A stretch of 64,000 nt of DNA. Source: Octopus sinensis. Lineage: Eukaryota. Within the stretch, counting starts at the first letter, position 1, and each line of letters starts with the position of its first letter. Position numbers and translations under genes: made by a program. The notes under the pieces were generated by a model. That model did no database searches. It saw nothing but the letters and a program-made list of their open reading frames with translations, and was not told the origin of the DNA. The stretch covers positions 48,670,001 through 48,734,000 of the forward strand of contig NC_042999.1 of NCBI RefSeq assembly GCF_006345805.1. Reading direction: 5' to 3'. This document shows, piece after piece, positions 12,915 to 26,889 of the stretch.

Positions 12915-15900
12915 CTATCCTGCATCGCACAACAATAACAGTAGAGACGGTCAGAATATGTCCATAAATATTCTCATGCATTTATTTCTTACGCTCTAAA
13001 TTGTTTCGGACGCTGTTACGAAGCCTGCTGTATGTATCGTCAAGGCGATCCACAAAACTATTTCCCAAAGAGAAGGTTTCGTTTCGAAACAGGTGAATGC
13101 TTTCTACATACGCCCCGAAGAAGATCTACCACATTCGCTTTCAAATAGCTAATCATCAGATGTGAAACGCTTAGATAAATATGTTTTATTTTTTAGAAAT
13201 CATTTACAATTTTGCCATTATAGTGTTACACACATTAAACAATAATCGAAAAAAAAAAAGATATACGCACTCATGTCTAAAAGTATTTTGTAACACGGTG
13301 TAATTTGCCTGACATGGCTTTTTCAACCACTCGAAGCAGTGTGACTTAATAATTCAGTAATAATCAGTCAATTCTCTATTCCAGGGTGGCGACCTGTCAA
13401 ATAATTTGTTTTATTTAAAGAAGTATTATTACTCCGCTACTATCAATTCTAGTTTGACAAAGAACAGTGACCAGTTTATTATTCATTAGTAAATGGGAAT
13501 GAAACTTTTTGCTTCGATTCTTATCAACAACAGCCACAAATTCTCGTATATGGGTCTTGTTTTATATCAAGGCTGCCTAAATATTGAATCGATTGCATAT
13601 GTTATTTAAACATTCATAAATGGTTAGCTGAGATTTGTAGTGGTCTATGTAGCTAAATAGTTGAATGATCTCCCATGCAAGAGGGATTATAGAGTAGCCT
13701 CCCTTTACTAAGTTTCGAGAAGCATCTGTGTCATGAGATGTGATTCTTAATTATTGAAGAAGCTTAGCGTTTCTCTTGAAAATTTCTAGAGTGTCTAGCG
13801 TTTCATTGATAAAAACATCTTGCTAAACCTGCCTAAACCTGCTCTTCTCTTCTAAGTCGATTAGACTAAGGGCCATCCATGCCATTGCTATGTTCATCTA
13901 TTTCTTTACCCCACATGACTGAAAACCGCCACTTAGCTTATATTTCTACATTTTCTATCTCTGAACGTTCTTGCATAGATTACTTCATTAAACTAGATTC
14001 TACATTTTGATTATGTATCATCATCGACCAGTAAATAGAATATATTTTTATGTAGTAAATATCTAGTTCTTGAATTTATTCTTCATCTCTATATGAACTC
14101 TTGTAATAATATGCACACAACCACATCAACACCTTGTACTGACTATATAACAACTACATAAATTCGTGACCAACTGATGTGGATCCCGAATTCTACCCTG
14201 GAAATATTTAGTTATATTTAACTCTCTGTTTTGCTTCCAAATGGGAGAAAGTATCTTTAATTCATTTTGTTACTTTTATATTTAAAAGGATGTTTATTTT
14301 TACGAACCTGGAGATGCATTCCTTCAATATTCAATGTTACAGCAGATCCAATAACGAACAATTATTATTCACAGTGAAGCACTTTCTGTATTTATAGGTA
14401 GCAAAAATGCAAGGGGCTATCAAAAACTACAATAACGAGTGAAGTGTATATTAAGGAGATAAAATCAGAAAGTGTGTTCTTACAAAAACCGATATCACAT
14501 GCCGAATGTTTCTCGATAAAATGCTGGCTATTTGTATAAAAAGATATTTCATGTATGCTAAAATGAGAGAAAACATTTTAGGTTCCATATGATGGAAAAA
14601 TACCATTTCCGTTATCTGACGCCAGTGTTAGCTTATGTTACAAATATAACGATATCAGAAACCGTTTACTACAGAAACCATCTAATTGTCTTAAAAAAGG
14701 ATTTTCTGTTTCAGTGTATTGGCGATATTGCATACGTATATACACATGAGATTATTCTAATTAATATTGATTGTGCCAGATGTCATTACTTCTAGTAGAT
14801 CAAGCAATGGAGTTACAAAAGCTTTATATAATTCACCGCACAATTTATCATATCTATAAGATATAACAAAATGAATATTCGGTCATTTACCATCACTGAA
14901 TACTGAATCAATGGTGGCCTGAATTTCTAAATGTTCTTTTTGCACTCAGAACTATATTTGTTGCACGTTAGATACCTTTCCATTCAATTATGATGCTAAC
15001 AACATCATGACGGCATCATACGATTGGTTTTCAATGTTTGTGTTTGATATCGATTGAATTATCGAAGTTCCATTACATTCCTTATATCAATATTATCCCA
15101 TTGTGACTATTGACAGAACGATGCATATTTTTATCATGTCAAGATCAGTAACCATCAGAAAGGTTAAAAGATTGAAGCCATAGGCCAAATGTATTTAATG
15201 ATCGTTTATGAATAACGTTCGCTTTTATTTTTATCAGCAGATGAGCGGTTTTCATATTAGGTAATATGAAATCTCTGCATACATTTCATGAAAAAGATTT
15301 CCATCAACATTTTTTTCCTCTTTTCAGCAACGGAAGCTTCAAACGAATGTCAACTATGAGGTAAAATTAGTTATTTAGAATATATTTCTGACAAAAATAT
15401 TTGGTTTTTAACATTAACATTACAGAAACAAAATATTGCCTCGAGAATCCTGCATAAAACAGAGTCATGGATTTCCACTTCACAATTCGAATTCCACTTA
15501 CATAGAATTTGTAAATAATTCCCTATAACACATAACTTATCCCAAATGTCAATATCGTAGAAAGTATTAACAGCATTGAGATTTGAATTAATTCGTGTTA
15601 TATTATTTTGTACATATTTATACGTTATTTTCAAACAAATATAATCAATGGAAAACGAGAATAAACAATACTAAACAGACATTAAATAGTATATTTCTAG
15701 TGTTCTGTGATAAGTTAGTCGAACATTTTACTTCAATGCTCAAAGCATAGTTTATGTGTTATCTATAGAAATGTTTGCTTAATGTATATGTGACAAACAG
15801 TTGATGAAAGGTTTACGTTCTACACTCTGTACATACACACACATACACGCACATACGCATACGTACATACACACACACACATACACACACATATATATAT

Positions 15901-16239
15901 ATATGTGTGTGTGTATGTATGCATATATATGTGTGTGTGTGCGTGTGTAATCATTGATGTATAAGCCTATATATATATATATGTCTCCTCTTTCTCTCTC
16001 TCTACTTCTCCTCCTTTCTCTTTTCTCTTTTCTTGCCTCTGATTCTTTGGTCTACTTTTCCCCCCACTCTCTCACAATTCTCTGTTTTTCTCACCTTGCA
16101 CTCACTAGCCCACCTTGGCACGCACTCTTTCTTCTCCCCTCTTTAATTCCTTATTTCTCTCTCTTCTCCCCCTTTGTTGCCTTCGTCCCCCTTTCTCTCT
16201 CTCTTTGTTTCCTTTGTCCCCCCTTCTTTTCTCTCTCTT

Positions 16240-16685
16240 CTCTCACGTGACCGCTGGTCAAAATCAGCCTTTTGGCTTCCGACCACTGCTGTGAGAACAT
16301 CTGTTGCCTTCGTCTGCTGATAAAGGCATTTTCTCCAAATACGCCAGTTAAACTTGTACTGTTTATTAGTCGTTAAGACACCCGCTGTTTTTTTGTCCTC
16401 TTTTTACCATTATTGTTTTTTGTATTTTATATTCGTGTGGCATCGTCCGTTTTTCTGTCCCTGTTTCGTATACATTCGATCCTTCTTCCAAGAAATCTAA
16501 TGCTCGTAGCTTAGTTTTTCCTTGGGGCTGGCCGGATCGGAGCGATCTCAAGATTAATCAGCCGAAATTGCTAGGATGATCCGGTTCTTGACTGAAGATT
16601 GAAGGCTTCGAATGTCCCGTCCGTGTTTTTTGTATCGTTTTCTAAATGTTTTACGTTCTTGTAACAGTTTGTATTTTTCTACATA
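16240..16685 (+). mobile_element. Unclassified interspersed element ending in (TA)n, possibly a PLE terminal repeat
   Basis: GC-richer non-coding block between a pyrimidine tract and (TA)n, with degenerate CTGAAGA...CGAA motifs. Classification is inference. Confidence 0.35.
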
Positions 16686-16895
16686 TAAAATATATATATA
16701 TATCAGATAATTTTAGATCACACCTATTCTACGTACGATATAGGGATATGCAGAATAATAATATATAGAAAACATATATATAATATATAGAAAACATTAA
16801 AAAAATATGTTGCAAATCATTGCTGTTTTACGTTTTACCCGAGGCCGTACGAACTATCTGTGCCAATATATATAATCACCGCTGGGAAAGATTAA

Positions 16896-17116
16896 CTCTT
16901 TAGTGTTTAAACTGGCCAAATCCGGCCCAATATATTCTACATATTTTATATTCAAACTGGCCATATCTAGCCTCTCACACCTAACCTACATTGACAGCCT
17001 AAAAATAAACAATCACATCATTGAAACCTCAAAGCTATAAGGTAATGCATGATTAATTCAAAACAATTTAAATAAAAATGCATTACATTTAACAGAGTAA
17101 TCTGAATACTAAAGGG
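16896..17116. mobile_element. piggyBac-like MITE
   Basis: Flanked by TTAA (16892-16895, 17117-17120). Termini CTCTTTAGT... and ...ACTAAAGGG form a short inverted repeat. Confidence 0.6.
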
Positions 17117-17530
17117 TTAACACGTTACACACGAGTAACATAGACACGTTAAATACATTCGTGATCTAATAAAGATTGAAAAATTAGCACATTTTACCGA
17201 GTGCTACACTCAGTTATAATGTTTCGTATTCCACATCTTTACTGGAGACAATTCGCGTTCAGGATTCCAAACAACCTGATGATCTATAAGACTTCTAGCA
17301 TATCCATTATATCAGAGCATATGAGTTTAGAATTATTATCGTTATTAAGATATTGACATTAAATGTCTGGCATTTCTGACATCGTTACGGCTATTCATAT
17401 ATCATCAATCGCTAATAGTCATTAAAACCCTGTTATATAGTTTCAACATAGCTCTACTAACTGCTCTCAATTTGAATACTTGGTTATCTATAATTGTTTT
17501 TAATATTATAAAATTTTATGAAACAGAACA

Positions 17531-17703
17531 TAGGTGTAGGAGTGGCTGTGTGGTAAGTAGCTTGCTAACTAACCACATGGTTCCGGGTTCAGTCCCACTG
17601 CGTGGCATCTTGGGCAAGTGTCTTCTGCTTTAGCCCCGGGCAGACCAATGCCTTGTGAGTGGATTTGGTAGACGGAAACTGAAAGAAGCCTGTCGTATAT
17701 ATG

Positions 17704-17740
<37 letters not shown>

Positions 17741-17955
17741 TTGTGTGTCTGTGTTTGTCCCCCTAGCATTGCTTGACAACCGATGCTGGTGTGTTTACGT
17801 CCCCGTAACTTATCGGTTCGGCAAAAGAGACCGAGAGAATAAGTACTGGGCTTACAAAGAATAAGTCCTGGGGTCGATTTGCTCGACTAAAGGTGGTGCT
17901 CCAGCATGGCCGCAGTCAAATGACTGAAACAAGTAAAAGATTAAAAGAGAAAAGA
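17531..17955 (+). mobile_element. SINE family A, full length
   Basis: A/B boxes, CORE-like domain, internal (TA)n(TG)n, AAAAGAG-type tail; near-identical to 52232-52650. Confidence 0.9.
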
Positions 17956-20818
17956 GTATAGGTATTTATAAGTACCTCTTCGTAATTGTACATGTATAGT
18001 TTGATTGATTAGTAATTATGCAAAATAACGCGGCGAGCAAGCAGAATCTTTATCACGCCGGACAAAATGCGGACCTTCGTACGTCTTTCTGGCCTTGTGC
18101 CAAAATTTGAAACCATTAAATAGGAAAAGTATGTAATCCTCAATGACCTTAGACATGCTTTGGCCAAAAATTGGTTCAGGCCATGTTTAATTTAATGGTA
18201 CCATTAGATATGTTCTGCCAAGTCATTTTAAAGTCAAGTTTTGTATTATTTTTTGTATTATTGTTGTATTGAGTTGTCGTTGACTGAGATGTAGCCAGGA
18301 ATAGATGGCTTATCTGGTATGCTTTGAAGACAGTTGTCTAGATATTCGAAGAAGTATTTCCCATTACCTAGAAATGATATCTACCTTTAATTCAGTGGCT
18401 ACGGTATTGACACTGAGTCTATCACACTGATTACATCTCAGAATTGTGCAGTTTACACATGTCTGTGGAATGCTTAACCGCTTCAGCGTCATCTGGGGGA
18501 GAAGTTATGCACTTGATAAAACAAATGAAATCATACTCATGGTATTTTGGAGTTCTAACCCCCAGCGGTATTCGATATCTTTAACAGTAAAATACATACG
18601 TATGAGTTATATGAAATAAGGTATTTTGCGGAAAAACGATACATTTCCTTTCCCAGGTGAATATGTGTTTTTTACAGGCAGTATAATGAAACACCTTCTG
18701 CAAGTTATACTATATATTTCTTGTAATTGTTGCATGTTATACTTCATTTACCAGTTATATGAGAAGTCACTTTTATATGTAATTTTACATGTAATATTAA
18801 ACAGAAACTGCCCTTTCGTACGCATATGAAAGACACGAACTATTTAGGTAAAGTGAATTGAACTATTCATATCTTCAATATCTTATATACCATAATGGTC
18901 ATCGTAAGCTTACAGTATCACGCATCAATCACCACATATTTTAATATATTATAGAGTAGGTGTCAGTTTACAAAGTAATCTGGTGGCAAACGGCAAGTCA
19001 CAGCGAAACTTAGACAACGGATTTCAAATCATATTACATAATGATTCATTGCATAGAAGCCATTAAAGGAAATACATGGACGACATGTCTCTAATTTCCT
19101 CCTTCCACGAACGTTTATATACATTTTATAGACCAATTGACCAATGTTATGGTTATGGTAGTAAATCATTAGATTAAAGTAACATGTGATTTGAGAAGAA
19201 GAGAAAAAGTGAAAGAGAGGGAGAGAGAAAGAGAGAAAGATCCTAAATCGTATGACTCACCCAAACAACATTTTATTCTCATTTATGAAAGATTAACTTT
19301 CATATCATTGCTAATAAAGTGTAAAGGGGCTGTTAAATTCCAATGGATGTAATTACATTTTCTGAACAATTTAAAGAAAATCTCTGGGTTCAGGTATAGG
19401 TGTTTAGTTACAAGCGATCATCTTAGAAGGGCTGTAAAGCATCTAGGGTGGTGATGTGGCAACTAATAAAGGCAGGTATTTTCAATGACGTGTTAGAGGA
19501 AGTTATTACTCAGATATACTTAGATATATCTATCTATTTATCTTATTTACCTCTTTACCTCTTTCGCTGCCTCTCTCTATATATACATATATATATATGT
19601 GCGTGTTTGTGTGTGTGTTCGAGTGTGTGTGCGTTTGTGTGTGTGCGTGCGTGTGTGTGTGTATACGTGCGCTCGTTTTTGTATGAATGTATCTGTGTGT
19701 GTATACTAGTTTGCAGAATAAAAGGTTTCACATTCCATAGAAAAATGGCTCGATATTATACGAAGAGAGTCGTGAAAAAAAGAGTAACAACAAATAAACA
19801 CTCAGGGAAGAAAAAATGCACAGGCCAAGACACAAGCAAGTACACCTTCATTCTTTAATAACTTGTTGACTGACTGTCAAGGCAATTTCGATATATTATC
19901 ATTAGGATATGATTACTTCATCTTCCTGAGAGTTTTATAATCACTTCTACCAACAAATTGTGTTGGAAAAGAATACCTTCAAACACATGATAAAGACAAG
20001 ATAGGACAACAGCAAAATATAGTAAACCTTCGGCATGAAAGATATATCTGTTGAAACAAAGAAGAATTCGCACGTATAGCTGAGACAAACAAAACATGGA
20101 ATTTAATGATGAAGGATATTAAACTGGGAACATCTTTCGTCCAGGGTGAAAGTAATAATAAGCCAGGGATGACTATAAGCAATATAAGGCTAAGATAAAA
20201 CAGAGATATATCAATGGATTTTAGCCTTTGTAGAGTCGAAGTGACAGGTAACAAATCAAATGTTCTAAAAGAAAGGAGAATGCATAATCAGTAGAAATTA
20301 GAATCATGAAAACTCAGAAAGGCATCGTGGGAAATAAACACACACACACACACCGGCACAATCAATATCAAAGATTCAAAGTCTATGCGAAAAAACGAGA
20401 CGAGGAAAGAAGTGTAAAGGAATGCATGGGGAAGAGAAACAAGAGACAGAAGCAAGGATAACGACGACTAAGATGTTGATGGGTAAAGAGTGAAAGAGAA
20501 AAAGTTGCAGAGAAAAAGATGGAGAGGGAGAGAAGAGGAGAGAAGTGGACATGAAGGTGTGAGGAAAATAATAGAAGTGATATCCGAAGACGTAGGTGAT
20601 GTGATAGATGAATATTAAACCGAAGAAAACTTTGATTTATTTCAACTTAATATTCTTAATACCAAAACATGGAAACAGCTACTTAACTGATAGTTCTATG
20701 TCACGCATTGTGATGAAAAATATAATTCACCCGAAAAAAAAGTTTAGAAAATCGTGTACGTAGTCATTTTTATAATATCTTTGCTTTTTGTTTTAGATAT
20801 TCTGAGATACATATATGC

Positions 20819-21147
20819 CCATTCAGTTTTTGCAACACCTCCTGTGACTGTAGAGACCTATGCGAGAGTGGCAGTCTCGTTTGCAGAGGTCACACCTATA
20901 CGTTGAATCCAGTCTGTTGGCTGTCATTTCTTTTCTACGGGCTCGGTTTTCAGCTGCCGCCACCCTCAAGTTTTCTTCGTCGATCTGCAGTTGTTTGTGA
21001 AGAGTGCCACTCCAGCAGGTTCGGTCGGCTGCGAGGTCCTGAATGGACAACTCAAAGGACGGATGACATCATCCATGGTCAGCCATGACCTACGGAGGCC
21101 CTGAGGGAGAGAGAGAGAGAGAGAGAGAAAGAAAGAGAGAGAGAGAG
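20819..21147. mobile_element. RTE-clade LINE 3' fragment with an inverted 5' segment and (GA)n tail
   Basis: Minus strand 21040-20823 encodes DLAADRTCW...CDLCKRDCHSRIGLYSHRRC (RTE C-terminus). Plus strand 21039-21105 is a putative 3' UTR followed by (GA)n. TSD TACATATATG at 20808-20817 and 21148-21157. Confidence 0.75.
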
Positions 21148-21252
21148 TACATATATGTACATGAATTTGTTCATTGAATTAAATTCGTACTCACACACTC
21201 ACACACACGTAAGTAGGTAGATAGATAGATGGATAGACACATAGATAGACAG

Positions 21253-21290
<38 letters not shown>

Positions 21291-21591
21291 AATATAGGAT
21301 AAAATTTTTCGAAAATAATTTTATCAGCGGACTCCCTCACTCTGTGAGAGCGTTAAGTTCGAATCACAGGTGCCTCGAGATGTGCTGGAGAATTTCTATT
21401 TTGGATATATTTGGGGTACTTAGGTCTGCTCATGACTTAGTGCTTGCTTCTTTCTTGGGTATGAGTAAGTATTTCACTTATGTCTTCAAGACGTGTATTT
21501 ATAGTGTTAAATTATATGGTTATTGACATTTTGTCTATTTCCGGCATATTCGGCATTAGAATTTTTTTCTTTTGCCCTTATTTATATATAT

Positions 21592-21637
<46 letters not shown>

Positions 21638-21659
21638 TGTGTGTGTGTGTGTGTGTGTG

Positions 21660-22050
21660 TGTGTCGTAAGTAGCTTGCTAACCAACCACATGGTTCCAGG
21701 TTCAGTCCCACTGCGTGGCATCTTGGGCAAGTGTCTTCTGCTATAGCCCCGGGCCGACCAATGCCTTGTAAGTGGATTTGGTAGACGGAAACTGAAAGAA
21801 GCCTGTCGTATATATGTATATATATATATGCATGTGTGTGTTTGTGTGTCTGTGTTTGTCCCCTTAGCATAGCTTGACAACCGATGCTGGTGTGTTTACG
21901 TCCCCGTAACTTATCGGTTCGGCAAAAGAGACCGATAGAATAAGTACTGGGCTTACAAAGAATATGTCCCGGGGTCGATTTGCTCGATAAAGGCGGTGCT
22001 CCAGCATGGCCGCAGTCAAATGACTGAAACAAGTAAAAGAGAAAAAGAGT
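21660..22050 (+). mobile_element. SINE family A, head partly lost into a (TG)n tract
   Basis: Matches the other copies from AAGTAGCTTGC onward. Confidence 0.85.
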
Positions 22051-22084
22051 AAATATATATATATATATATATATAATATATAGT

Positions 22085-22122
<38 letters not shown>

Positions 22123-22619
22123 AATAGATGTGTGGCGTTCGATACTATAATAATATAAATAATATGTGTGTGTGTGTACACAATGAATACAAAATATGTG
22201 TAAAAGCATACATGCAACACGAAAGGAATCACATGGCGAAAATCTTCAGATGATGAATGATGAATTTATAAACATATATATATTTATATAACTAGGTCCT
22301 CCTTACACAGGGTACAAATGATAGATAAATTTAAAGAGAAGTAATAAAGGTACTACGAGTACTACGAGGTGCTTAATTATCCAAAATAATGTTGGTAGAT
22401 TTAGTCCATCAAACTCTGCGACCGTATGAATTTATTTCCGGTCTTAACGCAGAGACCTTCAAAGATGGAATGGTTAAACGTGGAGAGCTAAGTGTATTCG
22501 AGCTAAGTAAATAAGCTGTTAGACTCATAATATCTTTATTCCAACCCTTCTCTCTCAATTGTACTCTGTGCAAGTTGGTGCTATACATACATACATGCAT
22601 ACATACATGCATACATACA

Positions 22620-22656
<37 letters not shown>

Positions 22657-22685
22657 CATTATATATACATACATACATACATACA

Positions 22686-22719
<34 letters not shown>

Positions 22720-22750
22720 CATACACACATAAACACGCACATATATATAT

Positions 22751-22804
<54 letters not shown>

Positions 22805-24289
22805 ATACATATAAATTCATCATTCTTCATCTGAAAAATTCCATATTTTACTTTCTCTCATTTTGTATTCGATGTATTTACAATTATATATGTCTATGTA
22901 TGTATACATATATTGCACAAACACACATACACACACATACAAACACAAACTCATACATAGATATTACGTATTTTTCTGTATGTAAAGAGTACATCACAAT
23001 CATGGGGCGTAGGTTCACCTTAGCGATTAACAAATGTACATGTAAGAAGAATAAAACAGAAGTATTATACTCAAAAATTACAATCCAACGTGATCTACAC
23101 ATATCTTCAATGTGGTGCTCTGGCAAGACTGCTTTTATATAAGTGAAAAAAGAAAAGTTTATAAGATCATGTTAGAGCAGATTTCAATTCCATTGTTTTA
23201 ACCATGTTTTGGTCCCATGTGGGATATGAAAGTAAGTAAAAATCCTAATCTTAAGTTAGCAATAGGCAGCGTTTTGGGAAAACTGTATTTTCATACACAT
23301 TAGTTGAAAGCCAGTATTTTGAGTTACTTATCTATACTTATAACAAAAACAGAGGAAAAAATAGTTCACGATAATTGAAGCAATTACAATGTGTAGAAAG
23401 TTTTGCATTTATATCTCAAATAAATTAACTTTAAAAAAATATTGATCTTTTCATATTTATCTTTGTTTCCATTAGTTTCTTTCGATCTACCTTACTTCGG
23501 TATATTTTAATCATACGTTTAGACTTGTAACCTTCCTATAAGAATTTTTCCCCTTCTTCTAAAGATTAAAAAAGACATTACATAAGTGAACAAAGCCAAT
23601 TCAACATTTCCTACAAGTAAAGATAATAAACTCTACTTTGAAAAATAGAAAGAGTGATATATATAAAAATATAGAATGAAAATAATTTCAGGTAGTGCTT
23701 AAAGAACAATAAAAATACTAGTAAGTTGAAACAAAAATAGAAAATTCAGGGTGTGTAACGAGCATGTTTACTAATGCTAGTTGAATTGACAGAAAAATCA
23801 GTCTCGAAAGAATTTGTCTCAAAAGAGAGATTGTACCAAAATAGTAGTCAAGAAAATAAAACAGAAATACATTCTCTCCATTTACAGTGTAGTACTGTTA
23901 TGAATTCTTCATTAAAATGTCAAATTTGTCTATAGGTTTGTTATGTAAGGAACTTAATGGGTCGGTGATTATATAAAAGTATACATTCATACATAGAGCT
24001 CAAACTACGGGCTCAACAAGCACGCACACACACGAACACAGAGTGACACACGCAACAAACACTAAAACAGGAAGAGATCCATATACTGTCTATACTTGTA
24101 CGTTCATACACAAACAAAATGACGTATAGATATATGTGCGTGTAGCAACAAGCATTGAAATATGAGTATACATACATATATATATGATTGATAGATTTAT
24201 TGGAATATGTGGAGTTGTGTTGTTTGGACTGGTTGCAACACCTGAGAGGCAAAAATGATTCAGCCTTCAGAGCTTCGATGGGCCAGTCG

Positions 24290-24480
24290 CAAAGGAACAA
24301 GGGGAGCTGAAATCAACAGTGAACGCTGGAAAGTGTGAGCGTGTTCTGTTGTCAAAAGTAGGATACGTGAATCATATGGAATCACATGAAAACTGAAATA
24401 CCTAGGTAGGTTATAATCTTGAACAACAACCGCCTCTTAAAACATATGTCGTATGTCGCGATATTTGTCAGACAATATCT
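24290..24480 (+). mobile_element. Possible decayed RTE-like C-terminal zinc-finger fragment
   Basis: Translation GKCERVLLSKVGYVNHMESH resembles the RTE terminal C2H2-like motif, with the first Cys lost. Confidence 0.3.
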
Positions 24481-24726
24481 AGGCTTAAAAACATATATTA
24501 CACAGAAGCAGAATCCAAAGGGCAAAGATCAATAAGAAACTTAAACCCTGTCAGTCAGCTGCTAGTCCTAAAAAGTTATTTAGGGCTCATTGAAGGAAGG
24601 ATTGTGGTGTGTGATGGGGTGTGGTGTGTGAGTGTGTTGACGGGATGGCTATCATTAGTGAAGATGAAAGAATGTTAATATACATTATTTATTTCTTGAT
24701 TGATTTTATATGGATATATATATATA

Positions 24727-24822
<96 letters not shown>

Positions 24823-25104
24823 CACATGAGGATTATTATTGTGTAATATTATCAGTGGTTAGTATGCTTAAAAAACCTATAGCGGTAAAACATGCCAATT
24901 AATGATAAAGGGTACTAACAAGCAGTACCGGGTATGTCTGGCTTTTTCAATTTTCGATTATTTTCGTCATTGGTTCCAGGGCTTTAGTTTTTTTTATTCA
25001 TTTGCCCGCTTTCACCTTTGTGCTTAATTGTAAATTTGTGGTACGATCATTTTGACTGCTATATTTATCATGCCAGTTCTGCTTGTTAGCACCCTTAGTT
25101 ATTA

Positions 25105-25180
<76 letters not shown>

Positions 25181-25658
25181 GGCGGGGGTTTATACGTATG
25201 TATACATATTTACATATATAAATATTTACATAGGTGCAGGAGTGGCTGTGTGGTAAGTAGCTTGTCTAACCTCACTGACAGAAGAGTGACTTTGCTTACC
25301 GTACTACGGTTTGGACGCGTTTTCTTCCCGGTAAGAGTTTTGCTATGTTGTTAATTGTTGAATTCCTACTACTGAAAATTTGCCTTTAAACATTGCTGAA
25401 CTGTCTTGTTCTCCGGTTTTACCGGGAAATAATTGGATAATTTCTTACCGTTGAACTGTTAGCCATTGTGGCTTTTTATTTACGTGACTATATATAGTCC
25501 TGCCAGACTATTTTCGTGCCCCTCCCCCGAATTGGGGTGGGAATTGGATTTTTGAACTGCTTTTTGAACTACTTTGGAAGAAAAAACTTTCTATAGGTTT
25601 CCCAGTTTTGTGGGAAACCATATTCGTAATTTTTGTGTTGTCTAATTTCAACAGAATA

Positions 25659-26710
25659 ATGTCTGTTGAAATTATTCACGAAAGTAGCGCTCTTGAGGAG
25701 AGCAATGTTAAAAAATTTTCTGCGGTAGCCGCAGTGGTTACCGAGAACATTGACATCGATGTCAATCAGCTCGTCGAGCTATTTAAAAGAATGCAAGAGG
25801 AGGGTGGTGATGTTAAAATATCACCCTCCGCCAGTACCGTGGAGACCGAGAAGCGGACCGTAGTGTTTAAAACTTTCTGTCCACAAAGCAGAAGGTTCAA
25901 ACACTTTGGAAAAAGCACCATCGAGAAATGCCTGTCCCCGATTTGGAAGGACATCGTGTACGCCGCCAGGGGACGGGCATATGGCACTGTGGATGTCCGC
26001 TTCTCGGGGGAAGAAATGGCCCGAGGGCATTCTGTGAACACCCTAAAAACCAAGGAGGTGGTACTTTTCCCAAGCTATAGGGGACGCAGGACGTCCCGAG
26101 TCAGGATTGTAGAAGCCCCGCCGGACGTAGATCCGGTAGAGGTAGTGGCCGCCCTGTTATATAAAAGGGCGGACAAAATAAAAATACTACAAGTAACATG
26201 CTCTGCCCCTCTATTTTGGCTCGGGCGTCGTACATTAATATATTAATTCAAGGAACAGCGGAGGACCTGCAGCTCCTTCCTGAGAGGGTGCTCGCGGGCG
26301 AGAACGTAGCCCTCAGGGTACAGGTCGAAGGCCGAAAACCCACCTGTTACGCCTGCGGCAAAAAGGGCCACATTCGTGTAGACTGTCCAGACAAGCAAAA
26401 GAAACCGCAGACACCAGGCCCCTCAGATAATAAAAAAAGTCCTACCCTTGCAAACACACCTACCCCTACAAAAACAAAAAATCCCACTCCTGTGTTACGG
26501 TGCCAACCCCAAAACAGACTGAAGAAAAAACCCAGCCCTCGCACTCACAAACCCCTACACTATTAAAACCTCCCACCCCCCTAAAAACTGCGGCGCCTAC
26601 CGAACAAACTATTGCTACCCAGACGATACCATGGAGGTATCAGAGGGGGGATTTCCAGTTCGTAAAAGAATTCGTGCAGCATCCCGTCCACATCCCCTAC
26701 AAAAAATAAT
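25659..26710 (+). pseudogene. ORF1 (gag-like) of the Tx1-type element, frameshifted near 26230
   Basis: MSVEIIHESS... ORF continues in a second frame containing CYACGKKGHIRVDC (26345-26386), then a P/T/K-rich linker. Confidence 0.7.
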
Positions 26711-26889
26711 AAAAACAAAGACACACCACAGACACGAAAAAAAAATCCCGCTCAACTGGCCCAGAAAAAGAAGACAAAAAAGAAAATGAACTCATATTAA
26801 TTGAATTCGACACACAAGACAAATACATAAACGATATTGTGGTTCAGCATCAGTCAGCAAGACTGTACAACAAATACAAAGATCGAAAT

